Source of the DNA: a phage
Direction: 5' to 3' (one strand)
Length of the DNA stretch: 64,000 bases
Assembly (NCBI GenBank): GCA_036930585.1
Contig: GCA_036930585.1_3066.1
Numbering within the stretch: position 1 is the first letter of the stretch; each line of letters begins with the position of its first letter. The position numbers were made by a program, and so were the translations under genes. The notes beneath the pieces are model-generated. The model was not told where the DNA came from. It ran no database searches and saw only the letters and a program-made list of their open reading frames with translations. Of the stretch, positions 55,451 to 64,000 are shown one piece after another.

Positions 55451-57499
55451 TTATCCTTGAACGAACTTGTAAGGCATGTTTGCAATATCTATGCAAGACG
55501 CAATAATTCCAAGAGATGATTCTACTTTCTGTTTAACATTTGATGAAACAAATGATGCAAAGTCAACTCTGTCTTCTATATCACCTGTCATTGTAACCAA
55601 TTCACCAGTTTCCATTAAATGGTCTCCGTCATAGATTACCGATTCGGTGAGTTCTTCTGTGGTCATAACTTCAGCTTGAATAAGCTTGTTGTTAGTTCTA
55701 ACTGTTCCATCGTTGTAAGATGCATCGGTTATTTTATTAACTTTGACCATTAATCCACGTGGCAAAATGACTTCCATTTCATTTGAAGGCGCTAAACTTC
55801 CACCGGGTAAAACAACATTAACCTTATCAGCCCCAGTAATAACCCATCCAATTCCAACTAAATTATCGCTAGAATTTACTAGTCCTTCATCAGTTTTATC
55901 AATAGAAACACTTAGACGCTTTTCGTCCGGTAAAACACCCACAGATGAATCAGTCATCCAAGTACCAAAAATATTTGGATATAATGGTGTTGACACAAAG
56001 TTTCTAAAATAAAAAACTCGATTTTTTACCATTGCTTCGTATATTGAAGGTAACATTCGTTGTGAACGATACAAAGTAATACCTTTTGGTAATCGTTCAC
56101 CATTTTTAAAGGCTGAATCTAAATTATCAATGGCTTGTTCTATTTCAGGTGCTGTTAAAATACTTGTACGCTCATCTGGATTATATAATCCCAAAAGAGC
56201 ATTATTCATGTCTACATATCCTGAACCTACATATTCACGAATTCCGCGTTTTTGCGCTGGTGTGTATTTAGATGAATCTTTATTTTCGACTATAGGATGT
56301 AATGACCATCCAGCGGTAAGAGCATATCCACGTAATTCTCTTCGAATAATCTTTGTTTTTATTGCATTCCAAGAATTTTGTACTAACTCATTCGCAGCAT
56401 CTTGATTTAAATGCGAATGCTTGTTAATGTTTCTTTCTAACCAAGCACCTTTATATTTTTCTAAAGTATCATCAACTATAGAAGCAATAGTTTCTAAAGT
56501 TTTTATTGAAGTAATAGATTCTTTTCGTAATCTTTCTAAAGCTTTATTTTTTATTTCTGCATTAACATCAGATTCTTTATCTTCAGGAATTATAGAAGCT
56601 TCTCTGAATGCCATTCCAGCTGTAACACTGCTAAGAGCATTCTCTAGTGCAAATCCTGAAGTAGAAATAACAGTTAATTCATTAGCGTCAGAAATTAAAG
56701 GAGCGTCAGCGGGTTTATTTAATTCTGCTGCTGAAGCCTCAAATTTTTGAAACATCGGCGTTTCAAATCTAGAAGATTCCAATGATTGACTTTGCGCAAT
56801 TGCTCTACGGGAAATTTTAACTTTAACGATTACGGCTTGGTCAGAACGTTTATCATTTTCTTGTGCAATTGATGCTGCAATTGCCTCATTTTTAGTTACT
56901 TGGGCTCCAGTATCTTTATTGATATAAACATCACCGACTTTCGATTCAACTTTAGTAAAGAGCTCGGTACTAATTTCCGGAACTCCTGGAATGTCTTCTA
57001 GTGATACATTTTTGCGATGTATAAGAATATATGCATACTTTTTATCATAATCCCAGAGTTCCTTAAGAAGGACGTATCTGCCACCTGAACGACTACGGAT
57101 AAGTCTATCAGCAATAACTTGAATTTGTCGAGCTTGACCGGCGGTTTTAGACTTAAGAATACGAAGCATGCAGGCATCAATTTTATATTGACGCATTGTT
57201 TGCATTGCAACAGTAAAAACTGAATTGATATAATTAATCGGGCTTGGACCAAGACCTTTTAATTTAGCAATTGAACCTTTAGCAGTTAATGTAAAAGGAA
57301 CAATATGCATCATTTTATCGCCCATCTTTAAATCACGATTAGTATCACCTCCAGATGTATAGGTACATAAACGAAAGCCTGGTTGTTCAATTGCATCATC
57401 AACATGAACTGAAAAAATTTGTGGTATTTTCTTCTTTGGATTTAAGTTTGTAATCGGAAGAGTAGTATCTTCGTCAAATAATTCTGTAATTAGTTCCAT
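55451..57499 (-). CDS. alt: Alt ADP-ribosyltransferase (packaged, injected)
   Basis: 682 aa from the second Met (track ORF is 683 aa beginning MM), matching the recalled T4 Alt length; synteny next to gene 30. Confidence 0.9.
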   Translation of the reverse strand: MELITELFDEDTTLPITNLNPKKKIPQIFSVHVDDAIEQPGFRLCTYTSGGDTNRDLKMGDKMMHIVPFTLTAKGSIAKLKGLGPSPINYINSVFTVAMQTMRQYKIDACMLRILKSKTAGQARQIQVIADRLIRSRSGGRYVLLKELWDYDKKYAYILIHRKNVSLEDIPGVPEISTELFTKVESKVGDVYINKDTGAQVTKNEAIAASIAQENDKRSDQAVIVKVKISRRAIAQSQSLESSRFETPMFQKFEASAAELNKPADAPLISDANELTVISTSGFALENALSSVTAGMAFREASIIPEDKESDVNAEIKNKALERLRKESITSIKTLETIASIVDDTLEKYKGAWLERNINKHSHLNQDAANELVQNSWNAIKTKIIRRELRGYALTAGWSLHPIVENKDSSKYTPAQKRGIREYVGSGYVDMNNALLGLYNPDERTSILTAPEIEQAIDNLDSAFKNGERLPKGITLYRSQRMLPSIYEAMVKNRVFYFRNFVSTPLYPNIFGTWMTDSSVGVLPDEKRLSVSIDKTDEGLVNSSDNLVGIGWVITGADKVNVVLPGGSLAPSNEMEVILPRGLMVKVNKITDASYNDGTVRTNNKLIQAEVMTTEELTESVIYDGDHLMETGELVTMTGDIEDRVDFASFVSSNVKQKVESSLGIIASCIDIANMPYKFVQG

Positions 57500-57522
57500 C
57501 ATATCCTCTCTAGTGTTTATTC

Positions 57523-57530
57523 TATTTATA
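57523..57530 (-). promoter_or_regulatory. late promoter TATAAATA (alt)
   Basis: Exact TATAAATA on minus strand about 21 nt upstream of alt start. Confidence 0.55.
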
Positions 57531-57535
57531 AAATT

Positions 57536-57553
57536 AAAGGCCCGAAGGCCTTT
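57536..57553 (-). terminator. hairpin AAAGGCC-CGAA-GGCCTTT
   Basis: 7-bp stem with tetraloop between orf 57552..57740 and alt. Confidence 0.45.
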
Positions 57554-57740
57554 AATAATCTATTGGTAAGAGAGTACGATATATTTCAAACTTTGGTCCT
57601 TTTTCATAGGCATCAAATGTTTCTGTGAATTTATTATAAGCGTATGCATCTACAAATTCGAGAATGACTTGTGATACAGAAGTAGAAACATCTCCACCTT
57701 CTTTTTGAGCAATGACAATTGTTTCTAAGTAAGCTTTCAT
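57552..57740 (-). CDS. hypothetical small protein (62 aa)
   Basis: ORF track; ATG overlaps the ligase stop (ATGA). Confidence 0.5.
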   Translation of the reverse strand: MKAYLETIVIAQKEGGDVSTSVSQVILEFVDAYAYNKFTETFDAYEKGPKFEIYRTLLPIDY

Positions 57741-59200
57741 AAACCAGTTACCTCATGAAAATCACCAAATACATCTTCGAACGTATTAGCTTTAGTTTTA
57801 TCTTCGCGTAAACGAATCGCAATCGGAAGAAATAATTTAACGTAATCAGTGCGGCCATCAGATTTTAACCAACCGTTGCATTCGCACTCTAGAATTTTTC
57901 CAATATAATAATTTTGGTTTTCCATAATGCGAGTACGGTCAAGTTCATGCGATTTTACACCGGCTTTATCTTTTAAGCCTGAACCAGCATTTACCTTAAT
58001 TTTTCCACACTCTGACTCAAGAATAAATCCACCTGCTTTAGTAGGGTCTTTACGGTGAGGATAAATTCCTACAATTTTTAAATCAACATCAATTACTTCT
58101 TTAAATTTATAGAGATTTTTTGAACGAGCATTTTCCCATAATCCATCGATATTTTTGAGAATAATACCTTCAAGACCTTGGTCAATATACTTTTTATAAA
58201 TTACCTTGGCTTCGTCTAGGTTATTTACTACCTGGTTTTCAATTAAAATTACTTTATCATAGCCTGATGTCATTTGTTCTAGTTTAGAAAAACGTACATC
58301 ATATTTCAAACGAAATGCAGGAAGACCGTATATTTCTACCAACGGTACATAATCCCAGACCTGAAACTTCATGCATTGTGCTTCTTTTTCAGAAATGGTT
58401 CCCTTTAAAGATTTATTGGCGATGCCATTAGATGCAGTACGTGATTCAGCTACTTCGGCGAATTCTTTAGCTTTACTGTTTTCAGGATAAGCATCAAAAA
58501 GAAAATCTAGGCCTTCTGGCTCCTTTTCAACTTGCTCATGGTATACCAATTCGCCATCAATTAACACGCCTTCTGGATGAATCTGGCGGGCTTCAGCGGT
58601 CATTTTGATTAATTCTTCCTTAAGAAGATCTAATCCTAGATATTCATTACCAGCTCGTGATAAAAGACGAACGTCATCTAATTCATCACCTCTGACTTCG
58701 GCAAAGCACCGAGCTCCATCAGCTTTTAACTGGGCAAAGGCTGGAAATTTGATATTCTTATTAATGCCTTTTTCATCATAAGAACTTGCGAGCATTTGAG
58801 GTTGTTCAGGAATTAAACCTGGCCAAACTTTGTTTGCAATAGATACTGAAGCACCGCATTCAAGGTCTCGCATCATCACCCGACGCAAAACTTCAACATC
58901 ATCTTTTTTACCGTCAGTAATATATCCAGTTAATTCCTCAATTGCCGCATTTCCAGTCAATTTCCGAGTAGCTAACGTGAATTCAATGAAGTCAAGCATA
59001 TCGGTAAGAGTCAACATTCCAAAACTCTGGGTAGCAATACCCGGTTTAGGCCATTTCTTGATATAATACTGTAACCCACGAGAATAAGTCAGACGATATA
59101 CTCGTTTAAGCAATTCATTATCTTTATTCTTTTCAAGAATTGCTTGCTTCTGCTTAGTTGAACCAATAGATGCTATTTCGTTCAGAATTTTAAGAATCAT
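57737..59200 (-). CDS. 30: ATP-dependent DNA ligase (gene 30)
   Basis: 487 aa; ligase motif I KADGAR; MILKILNEIASIGSTKQKQAILEKNKDNELLKRVYRLTY matches recalled T4 ligase. Confidence 0.95.
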   Translation of the reverse strand: MILKILNEIASIGSTKQKQAILEKNKDNELLKRVYRLTYSRGLQYYIKKWPKPGIATQSFGMLTLTDMLDFIEFTLATRKLTGNAAIEELTGYITDGKKDDVEVLRRVMMRDLECGASVSIANKVWPGLIPEQPQMLASSYDEKGINKNIKFPAFAQLKADGARCFAEVRGDELDDVRLLSRAGNEYLGLDLLKEELIKMTAEARQIHPEGVLIDGELVYHEQVEKEPEGLDFLFDAYPENSKAKEFAEVAESRTASNGIANKSLKGTISEKEAQCMKFQVWDYVPLVEIYGLPAFRLKYDVRFSKLEQMTSGYDKVILIENQVVNNLDEAKVIYKKYIDQGLEGIILKNIDGLWENARSKNLYKFKEVIDVDLKIVGIYPHRKDPTKAGGFILESECGKIKVNAGSGLKDKAGVKSHELDRTRIMENQNYYIGKILECECNGWLKSDGRTDYVKLFLPIAIRLREDKTKANTFEDVFGDFHEVTGL

Positions 59201-59466
59201 TGTTCATCCTTTAGAGTTTGGTTTACAGCTCTATTATAAATCAATTCATCATTAAGCTCAGTCAAAGACCTGTGGTACGTGGTTCTAACTTTATTTCCTT
59301 GCATCCAGTGCTTGACGTAAATGAAACCTTGCTCTACACATTTTTTAAAAATTCGTTCGTCTTTTTGAGCTCGGAATTCTGGATTGCATCTAAAAAATTG
59401 ATTTACGTGACCGTAATCACGTGTAGTATTACCTTCATTTTCATAAATAGTGTGAACAACAAACAT
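59197..59466 (-). CDS. hypothetical protein (89 aa), 30.1-like
   Basis: ORF track; overlapping start/stop with neighbours. Confidence 0.6.
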   Translation of the reverse strand: MFVVHTIYENEGNTTRDYGHVNQFFRCNPEFRAQKDERIFKKCVEQGFIYVKHWMQGNKVRTTYHRSLTELNDELIYNRAVNQTLKDEQ

Positions 59467-60293
59467 TAGAATGCTCCTTGGAAAATATTATTAGCACCAG
59501 TAGGTCTATTATACAAATACTCTATGCCACCGGGTTTAATATAGTTCCATGTCTGAAACGGATGCGTCTGATATGGATTATAAGGATTAAATCCAGGAGT
59601 TCTCCAGGTAGTGTTCCAAGGAAAAGAATCGTTTTTAATCATCTTTTCAATTACATCTTTTATAGCTTTTTCACTATCAAAACTTTCTTTATTTTCCTTC
59701 GGTGAAAAAAGCTTATTTTCTACATCATTCCATGTATAAACTCGCTGAGCAGTTTTTGGAATATTGTCACGCTCTCCTCGAGCCATCCAATAAACAGGAA
59801 CATTTAATATTTCACTCGCATGATCGCAATGGTGAGCGAGATCGTCAATATAACAAATCACGTTATATTTCTCTTTTGCCTTTTTAAACAACTCTTCTTT
59901 TGAAGAATCATGACCACACATCAGTACTTCTGAGAAGGCACCAGGAAAAAGAGCGTTTAAATTAAATTGACGATTCAGCAGAGCGTCAATAGAATCACCC
60001 AATGCTGTAACAGCTACAAAATTATAATCTTCTTTTAATTTGTTAATTACACACAGGGCATCTTTATACGGAGACAAGTAACGAATAAAATCTGAACGAT
60101 TGTATTTTTCAATTAGCTTGACGCCAAGTTCTTCGTCACAATTAAAGAGTTTACCTGGAGAAATAAATTTCTCATCCTGGATCATTTTTAAAATATGTTC
60201 TAACGGAAGATTATATTTCTGAGCAAAATAAGGAAGGCCCGATTGCCAGCTTAAACATACTCCATCAATATCAGTTAAAATAGTAGGCTTCAT
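59466..60293 (-). CDS. HAD-superfamily hydrolase-like protein (275 aa), 30.2-like
   Basis: N-terminal LTDIDGV (HAD motif I-like DxDG) and later YIDD acidic motif. Confidence 0.6.
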   Translation of the reverse strand: MKPTILTDIDGVCLSWQSGLPYFAQKYNLPLEHILKMIQDEKFISPGKLFNCDEELGVKLIEKYNRSDFIRYLSPYKDALCVINKLKEDYNFVAVTALGDSIDALLNRQFNLNALFPGAFSEVLMCGHDSSKEELFKKAKEKYNVICYIDDLAHHCDHASEILNVPVYWMARGERDNIPKTAQRVYTWNDVENKLFSPKENKESFDSEKAIKDVIEKMIKNDSFPWNTTWRTPGFNPYNPYQTHPFQTWNYIKPGGIEYLYNRPTGANNIFQGAF

Positions 60294-60754
60294 AGAGAGT
60301 CTCTTAATAGGTTTAACACATCAATAAATTCAGCTTCGGTTAGTATTGTATCATCTTTTGTTAGACCACTGGCCATGCTGTGCTTCAAAACTTTTCCTTT
60401 CGAGGCTTGTAATGCATCACGAAAGCCCTTGTTTTGAATCGCTGCTTCAAAATATGCATTTGTGTATAATTCTTTCCACGCCGGGGAGTATCTTGAAAAT
60501 GGAACTCCAAGCCAGAAGAGGGTCCCACGGTCCTGAGCTCTAGCATAAGACCTTCCAGCTTGTTGAGCGGCAAGCCCGGATAACCCAAATACACGACGTT
60601 GTTGTTCAACGTTTTTCACCTTGCATCCTTGGAGGAATCCTTCAAGACCTCCAAATTGAATACCATCCATAACGAAAGGCCAATGGGCGAAATTACTTAA
60701 TGCACATGATGGCCACCTAAAATTACTTCTAATCTCTAACTCAGACATTTTCAA
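60290..60754 (-). CDS. NADAR/YbiA-like (DUF1768-type) domain protein, 30.3-like
   Basis: 154 aa; SNFAHWPFVMDGIQF...GFLQGCK resembles the YbiA/NADAR core (SNFAxWP...HYFQ); similarity judged by eye only. Confidence 0.5.
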   Translation of the reverse strand: MKMSELEIRSNFRWPSCALSNFAHWPFVMDGIQFGGLEGFLQGCKVKNVEQQRRVFGLSGLAAQQAGRSYARAQDRGTLFWLGVPFSRYSPAWKELYTNAYFEAAIQNKGFRDALQASKGKVLKHSMASGLTKDDTILTEAEFIDVLNLLRDSL

Positions 60755-60947
60755 TGCTTATAATTTCAACATCAGCCCAATGACCATAGTTTGGTAGACG
60801 AAATTCAACTGGCCAGTCACTGCCTTTTTCTAATATAATAGACTCAATTTGTGGTTCTTCATGTTCATCGGTATATGGATTTTTATCTGTTACTTTATAT
60901 GTGACCTTAATGTACTGAATTCCAAAAATCTTATTAATTATATTCAT
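60741..60947 (-). CDS. hypothetical protein (68 aa)
   Basis: ORF track; 30.x-series by position. Confidence 0.5.
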   Translation of the reverse strand: MNIINKIFGIQYIKVTYKVTDKNPYTDEHEEPQIESIILEKGSDWPVEFRLPNYGHWADVEIISIENV

Positions 60948-61141
60948 ACTAATTCCTTTAATCCGTAGATAGGAGATAATTCATCACCCATACGAAGGTC
61001 TTCATTTCCATCTACCCAAGAAACAATATAAGCCTCTTTTACTTGAACATCTCCCAATTTAAATGCAGGTAAAACCTTAGAAATTAATCCAGGTATACCA
61101 ACTCCCTTTAATTCAACGGTTTGATCTAAAAAGAATTTCAT
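60944..61141 (-). CDS. hypothetical protein (65 aa)
   Basis: ORF track; overlapping stop/start. Confidence 0.5.
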   Translation of the reverse strand: MKFFLDQTVELKGVGIPGLISKVLPAFKLGDVQVKEAYIVSWVDGNEDLRMGDELSPIYGLKELV

Positions 61142-61428
61142 TAGAACCTCATCTGAAAACCATGCGATTTAACATTACCTCCACCAATATCAGAGATATT
61201 AATTTCGCGCGCAATTGAGGGGTCAATGTCAATTTCACGATTGAGTTTAGTGATAGCTAAAGTATCGCGCCCATTTACAGTACGAAACTCTAAAGGACAA
61301 ACCACATCAACGTAGTTTTTAATCGATTCGCTAGTAGGCTGCAAATGTGCAGGAAGGTCTTTAGGCGCCTTTGAGAAAACTACTTCGCAGAAGTTTTTAC
61401 GAGTATCAAAATAAGTGGTCATAAACAT
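61141..61428 (-). CDS. hypothetical protein (95 aa)
   Basis: ORF track; 30.x-series by position. Confidence 0.55.
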   Translation of the reverse strand: MFMTTYFDTRKNFCEVVFSKAPKDLPAHLQPTSESIKNYVDVVCPLEFRTVNGRDTLAITKLNREIDIDPSIAREINISDIGGGNVKSHGFQMRF

Positions 61429-61445
61429 AATAATTTCCTCAATAA

Positions 61446-61459
61446 GGGGCTGAAGCCCC
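61446..61459 (-). other. GC hairpin GGGGC-TGAA-GCCCC
   Basis: Intergenic between 30.7-like and 30.6-like ORFs; T-rich on plus side. Confidence 0.4.
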
Positions 61460-61469
61460 TCATTTTATT

Positions 61470-61847
61470 TTAAATATCAAATTCGTTAAGAACTACATCA
61501 AAGATTGCTTCAAGATGCTCAGGTTTAGCTCTGTTACTCAGAATATGACGAATCCAAGTTTTAACTAAGAGTTTACGATTAGCACCATTCCAGCAAGGAT
61601 GAGTCCCTAAATCGCGTTGACGGAAATCATCATCCAGAGCGATTTTAAAGTTGGAACCTTCCATCGTGATTGAAACCGTGATACCGTTTTCAAATCGCAT
61701 ATAAACGTAATTAGGAGTCATATACTGTTCAATTTCGCATACTGATCCATTTTGATGTTTCCAAAGGCAGATGGTATCAATAGAACCTGTAATACCATTA
61801 GAAACATATTTACGTTCAAAGTTAATGTAGTTCATTTTATTCTCCAA
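61470..61847 (-). CDS. hypothetical protein (125 aa)
   Basis: ORF track. Confidence 0.55.
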   Translation of the reverse strand: MENKMNYINFERKYVSNGITGSIDTICLWKHQNGSVCEIEQYMTPNYVYMRFENGITVSITMEGSNFKIALDDDFRQRDLGTHPCWNGANRKLLVKTWIRHILSNRAKPEHLEAIFDVVLNEFDI

Positions 61848-61902
61848 GATGTTTAATTGCGGTACAGGTATATAATATCATGTCCTGTACCAAAGTAAAC
61901 AA

Positions 61903-62235
61903 TTATTTTACTACTTTCCAATACTGCATGTCAAGTTTACCGACTTTTTTCATCTTCTTAATTAAGCGTTCGGCACGTTGGCGAGCTGTAACATAATGCC
62001 ATTCGCCTAATTCATTTTGTTCAATTTTTCCAACGATTACTGTATTCAATTCATAAATCCAACCAGTAAAGAAATTATGAACTTGAATTGTAAAGGTGAA
62101 ATCTGTTCCCATACCTTCTGTTGTTTCTACTTCAATAATATCACCTTCAACTGCCATTAAGAACCACATAGTTTCATTATATTTACCGTTGAAGCATTTA
62201 GTTTTAACTGCAGCGTTCAGATTAATCGTTTTCAT
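61903..62235 (-). CDS. hypothetical protein (110 aa)
   Basis: ORF track; early promoter cassette upstream. Confidence 0.55.
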   Translation of the reverse strand: MKTINLNAAVKTKCFNGKYNETMWFLMAVEGDIIEVETTEGMGTDFTFTIQVHNFFTGWIYELNTVIVGKIEQNELGEWHYVTARQRAERLIKKMKKVGKLDMQYWKVVK

Positions 62236-62262
62236 TTTATTCTCCTTTGTTTGTGTAAGATA

Positions 62263-62292
62263 ATACTATCACAAAGGAACCGTACTGTAAAC
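62263..62292 (-). promoter_or_regulatory. early promoter GTTTAC-N18-TGaTAGTAT
   Basis: Same architecture and shared upstream element CACAAAGTTGTTTAC as the cassettes at 7037-7704. Confidence 0.5.
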
Positions 62293-62310
62293 AACTTTGT
62301 GCAATCTTTG

Positions 62311-62341
62311 GAAAATAAAAAAGGACTCCCGAAGGAGTCCT
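62311..62341 (-). terminator. rho-independent terminator AGGACTCC-CGAA-GGAGTCCT + T6
   Basis: Perfect 8-bp stem followed by TTTTTTATTTTC on minus strand. Confidence 0.65.
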
Positions 62342-62345
62342 CAAC

Positions 62346-62522
62346 TTATGCTTTCTGCTTACCAAAACGAGAAGCATCATCTCGAAGAACCGCACGTGCT
62401 CGGCGCATGATCTTCTCAACAGTTTGATTGATACGAGAGTTCGACCCACGCTTGTAGCCAGCGCGTTTAGAATCACCAACTTTCTTTTCAACTGCTTTCT
62501 TTGCTTTAGCTTGTTTTGCCAT
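62346..62522 (-). CDS. small basic protein (58 aa)
   Basis: Track ORF 62346..62564 trimmed to internal ATG (MAKQAKAKKAVEKK); start choice uncertain. Confidence 0.4.
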   Translation of the reverse strand: MAKQAKAKKAVEKKVGDSKRAGYKRGSNSRINQTVEKIMRRARAVLRDDASRFGKQKA

Positions 62523-62766
62523 TATAAATTCTCTTTTAAATGAAAATGCAGGACTTATTGGCATTGCCTGCGCAAGCCCTCAAGGGGAACATAGGTTTTG
62601 TATATTTACCGACAGGATAACCATAAACCTCGTCATCATTCACATTCAAGAGGTACACCGTAAAACTGCCGGGGTCTTAAAACTATAATGATTCGCAAAT
62701 CATTAATCAGACAGTTCGACGGCTCCTCGATTTTAGCTCACACTAAGGCAGTGAATCTCCAATAAA

Positions 62767-63015
62767 TTACTTCAGTGTTACCACAAAGTGACGAACTGCT
62801 TTTCGTGCAGCAGAAGCCAGAGGCTTAGCATATTTAAGTTCATCTTTTTCCTGAAGCTCAGCAGCTAATGCAGTTTGAGCAGGATTCAGATGTTTGAAAT
62901 AACGCAGGATTTCAAGAGCTTCGGCTTCAACATCAATAGATGCGCCATAGTTTTCGTGACCATTATTCCATGCGTTTCGTTGCAGTTCAAGAGCGTGTTG
63001 TAATTGTTTAATCAT
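62767..63015 (-). CDS. rIII: lysis inhibition accessory protein RIII
   Basis: 82 aa; MIKQLQHALELQRNAWNNGHENYGASIDVEAEALEILRYFKHLNPAQTALAAELQEKD matches recalled T4 rIII. Confidence 0.85.
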   Translation of the reverse strand: MIKQLQHALELQRNAWNNGHENYGASIDVEAEALEILRYFKHLNPAQTALAAELQEKDELKYAKPLASAARKAVRHFVVTLK

Positions 63016-63154
63016 TTAAAAATTCTCGTTAGAGATTAAAACTCGGTAGTCACGTTCTTCTGAATTTCATCTTCTTTCGACAGATCTCTCAGTTGTAGAC
63101 TACCACATAGAATTGTTCGGTTAACTTATTATTCCGACACCCAATTCATATTAT

Positions 63155-63162
63155 TATTTATA
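63155..63162 (-). promoter_or_regulatory. possible late promoter TATAAATA (rIII)
   Basis: Exact motif on minus strand just below gene 31 stop; about 140 nt upstream of rIII, so assignment is uncertain. Confidence 0.35.
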
Positions 63163-63498
63163 TCACTTATAAAGACACGGAATAGCTTTATAGTGACAGG
63201 TAACGAATTTTTGTTTAATTTCTTTTGGCTGCTTAAGACCCAGAGCTACAAAAGGATGCGGAACATTTCGAATTTGACCAACTGGAAGAGAAGTCAAATC
63301 GCCAACTTCGCAGAAACCTTCAGGAACATCAGGACCGACAGAGTGAACTACACACAGTTCAGGAACTTCACCTTGAACACGTTTACCGATAATAAGTCCT
63401 GATTCTGTAACTTCTTCATCACCGGCTTGTGCAGGTTCAGAAACTAAAATAACATATTCACCGACAGCACGAATTGGTAGCTGTTGTACTTCAGACAT
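63163..63498 (-). CDS. 31: co-chaperonin gp31 (GroES-like)
   Basis: 111 aa; [61 protein letters not shown] matches recalled T4 gp31. Confidence 0.9.
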
Positions 63499-63521
63499 CG
63501 TTTTTTCCTTTTTGTTAACAG

Positions 63522-63565
63522 ATGAATTAATAATAACAAATAATTCTTAAAGCATTTATTTACCA
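63522..63565 (-). repeat. about 40-bp repeat with MotA-type middle promoter of gene 31 (copy 2)
   Basis: Near-identical to 6105-6146; minus strand TGCTTTA + 12 nt + TATTAT upstream of gene 31. Confidence 0.55.
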
Positions 63566-63864
63566 ATAAATTGGAGCAAATGCTCAACTTTCATACCATT
63601 AACGGAAATCAATTTGTCAATAGAAAAACCTCGCCATGCACCAAGCTCAACATCAAATACCGGAATCATGTCAGTAGATTCTTTCCGAGTAGATTCAGTC
63701 AATTTGCCAGTTTGCATGGTTGGCATAAAGTCCGCGTCGCGAGTACCTTTCATAACACGAATAGTACCGTCAGACTTTTCAAAAACTACGTTTGAAACAC
63801 CCATGGACAATTTAGTTTTCAAAATTTCACGAATTGCTACTTTTTGTTCAGTCGTCAGTTTCAT
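63556..63864 (-). CDS. hypothetical protein (102 aa), 31.1-like
   Basis: ORF track; upstream of gene 31. Confidence 0.6.
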   Translation of the reverse strand: MKLTTEQKVAIREILKTKLSMGVSNVVFEKSDGTIRVMKGTRDADFMPTMQTGKLTESTRKESTDMIPVFDVELGAWRGFSIDKLISVNGMKVEHLLQFIGK

Positions 63865-64000
63865 TTATTTACCTATTACAGTTTTAATATGAGTTGTTCC
63901 ACGTTCTTTAAGAGTGGAAAGTAATTTTTGGCATTTTTCTAAATCAGATTTCCAACTATATGGTCTATCAATACAAACCCATTCTGACTTATAATACTGC
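63865..64000 (-). CDS. partial CDS (C-terminal part only)
   Basis: Minus-strand frame ending ...TVIGK then TAA at 63865-63867; continues beyond window end. Confidence 0.4.
   Translation of the reverse strand, partial: QYYKSEWVCIDRPYSWKSDLEKCQKLLSTLKERGTTHIKTVIGK

Noticed and set aside
55743-56750. Three plus-strand ORFs (89, 91, 109 aa) inside alt
   Set aside because: Antisense to the conserved 682-aa alt gene; low-complexity translations; no promoter or SD context.
62237-62491. 84-aa minus-strand ORF overlapping the 30.8/30.9 intergenic region
   Set aside because: Spans an early promoter and a strong terminator hairpin and overlaps the better-supported small basic ORF in another frame.

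Overview
This window is a contiguous segment of a T-even (T4-like) myophage genome, with about 35% GC and protein lengths and gene order that match T4 almost gene for gene over 7.7-64 kb. Layout: (1) 1-7700, minus strand: an early accessory region with four unknown ORFs, two internal-protein (IP)-like genes, a candidate stable-RNA region, a 10-tRNA cluster, an HNH homing endonuclease, three small unknown ORFs and a second IP locus. (2) 7.7-11.1 kb, minus strand: 57B, 57A, gene 1 (dNMP kinase), 3, 2, 4. (3) 11.1-41.9 kb, plus strand: late structural genes 53, 5, a GIY-YIG endonuclease, 5.4, 6-12, wac, 13-24. (4) 41.9-64 kb: rnlB, a very short hoc, inh, uvsW, uvsY, 25/26, 51-27-28-29-48-54, alt with an upstream alt-fragment duplication, DNA ligase (30), the 30.x small genes, rIII, 31 and 31.1. 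Many late promoters (TATAAATA), MotA-type middle promoters, a repeated early-promoter/hairpin cassette and GC-rich tetraloop hairpin terminators are visible. The most interesting points are: a tRNA set that differs from the canonical T4 set; four capsid-targeting-sequence proteins in two plastic loci; promoter-hairpin cassettes with compensatory stem changes; a mini-Hoc; a degenerate tandem duplication of the alt 5' end; and a NADAR-like gene beside alt. Limits: no similarity search or folding could be run. Protein identities rest on recalled T4 sequences, motifs and synteny. CDS coordinates come from the ORF track, with starts moved to the first in-frame ATG where the track began on a non-ATG codon. 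Coordinates of RNA and regulatory features were counted by hand and may be off by 1-2 nt.
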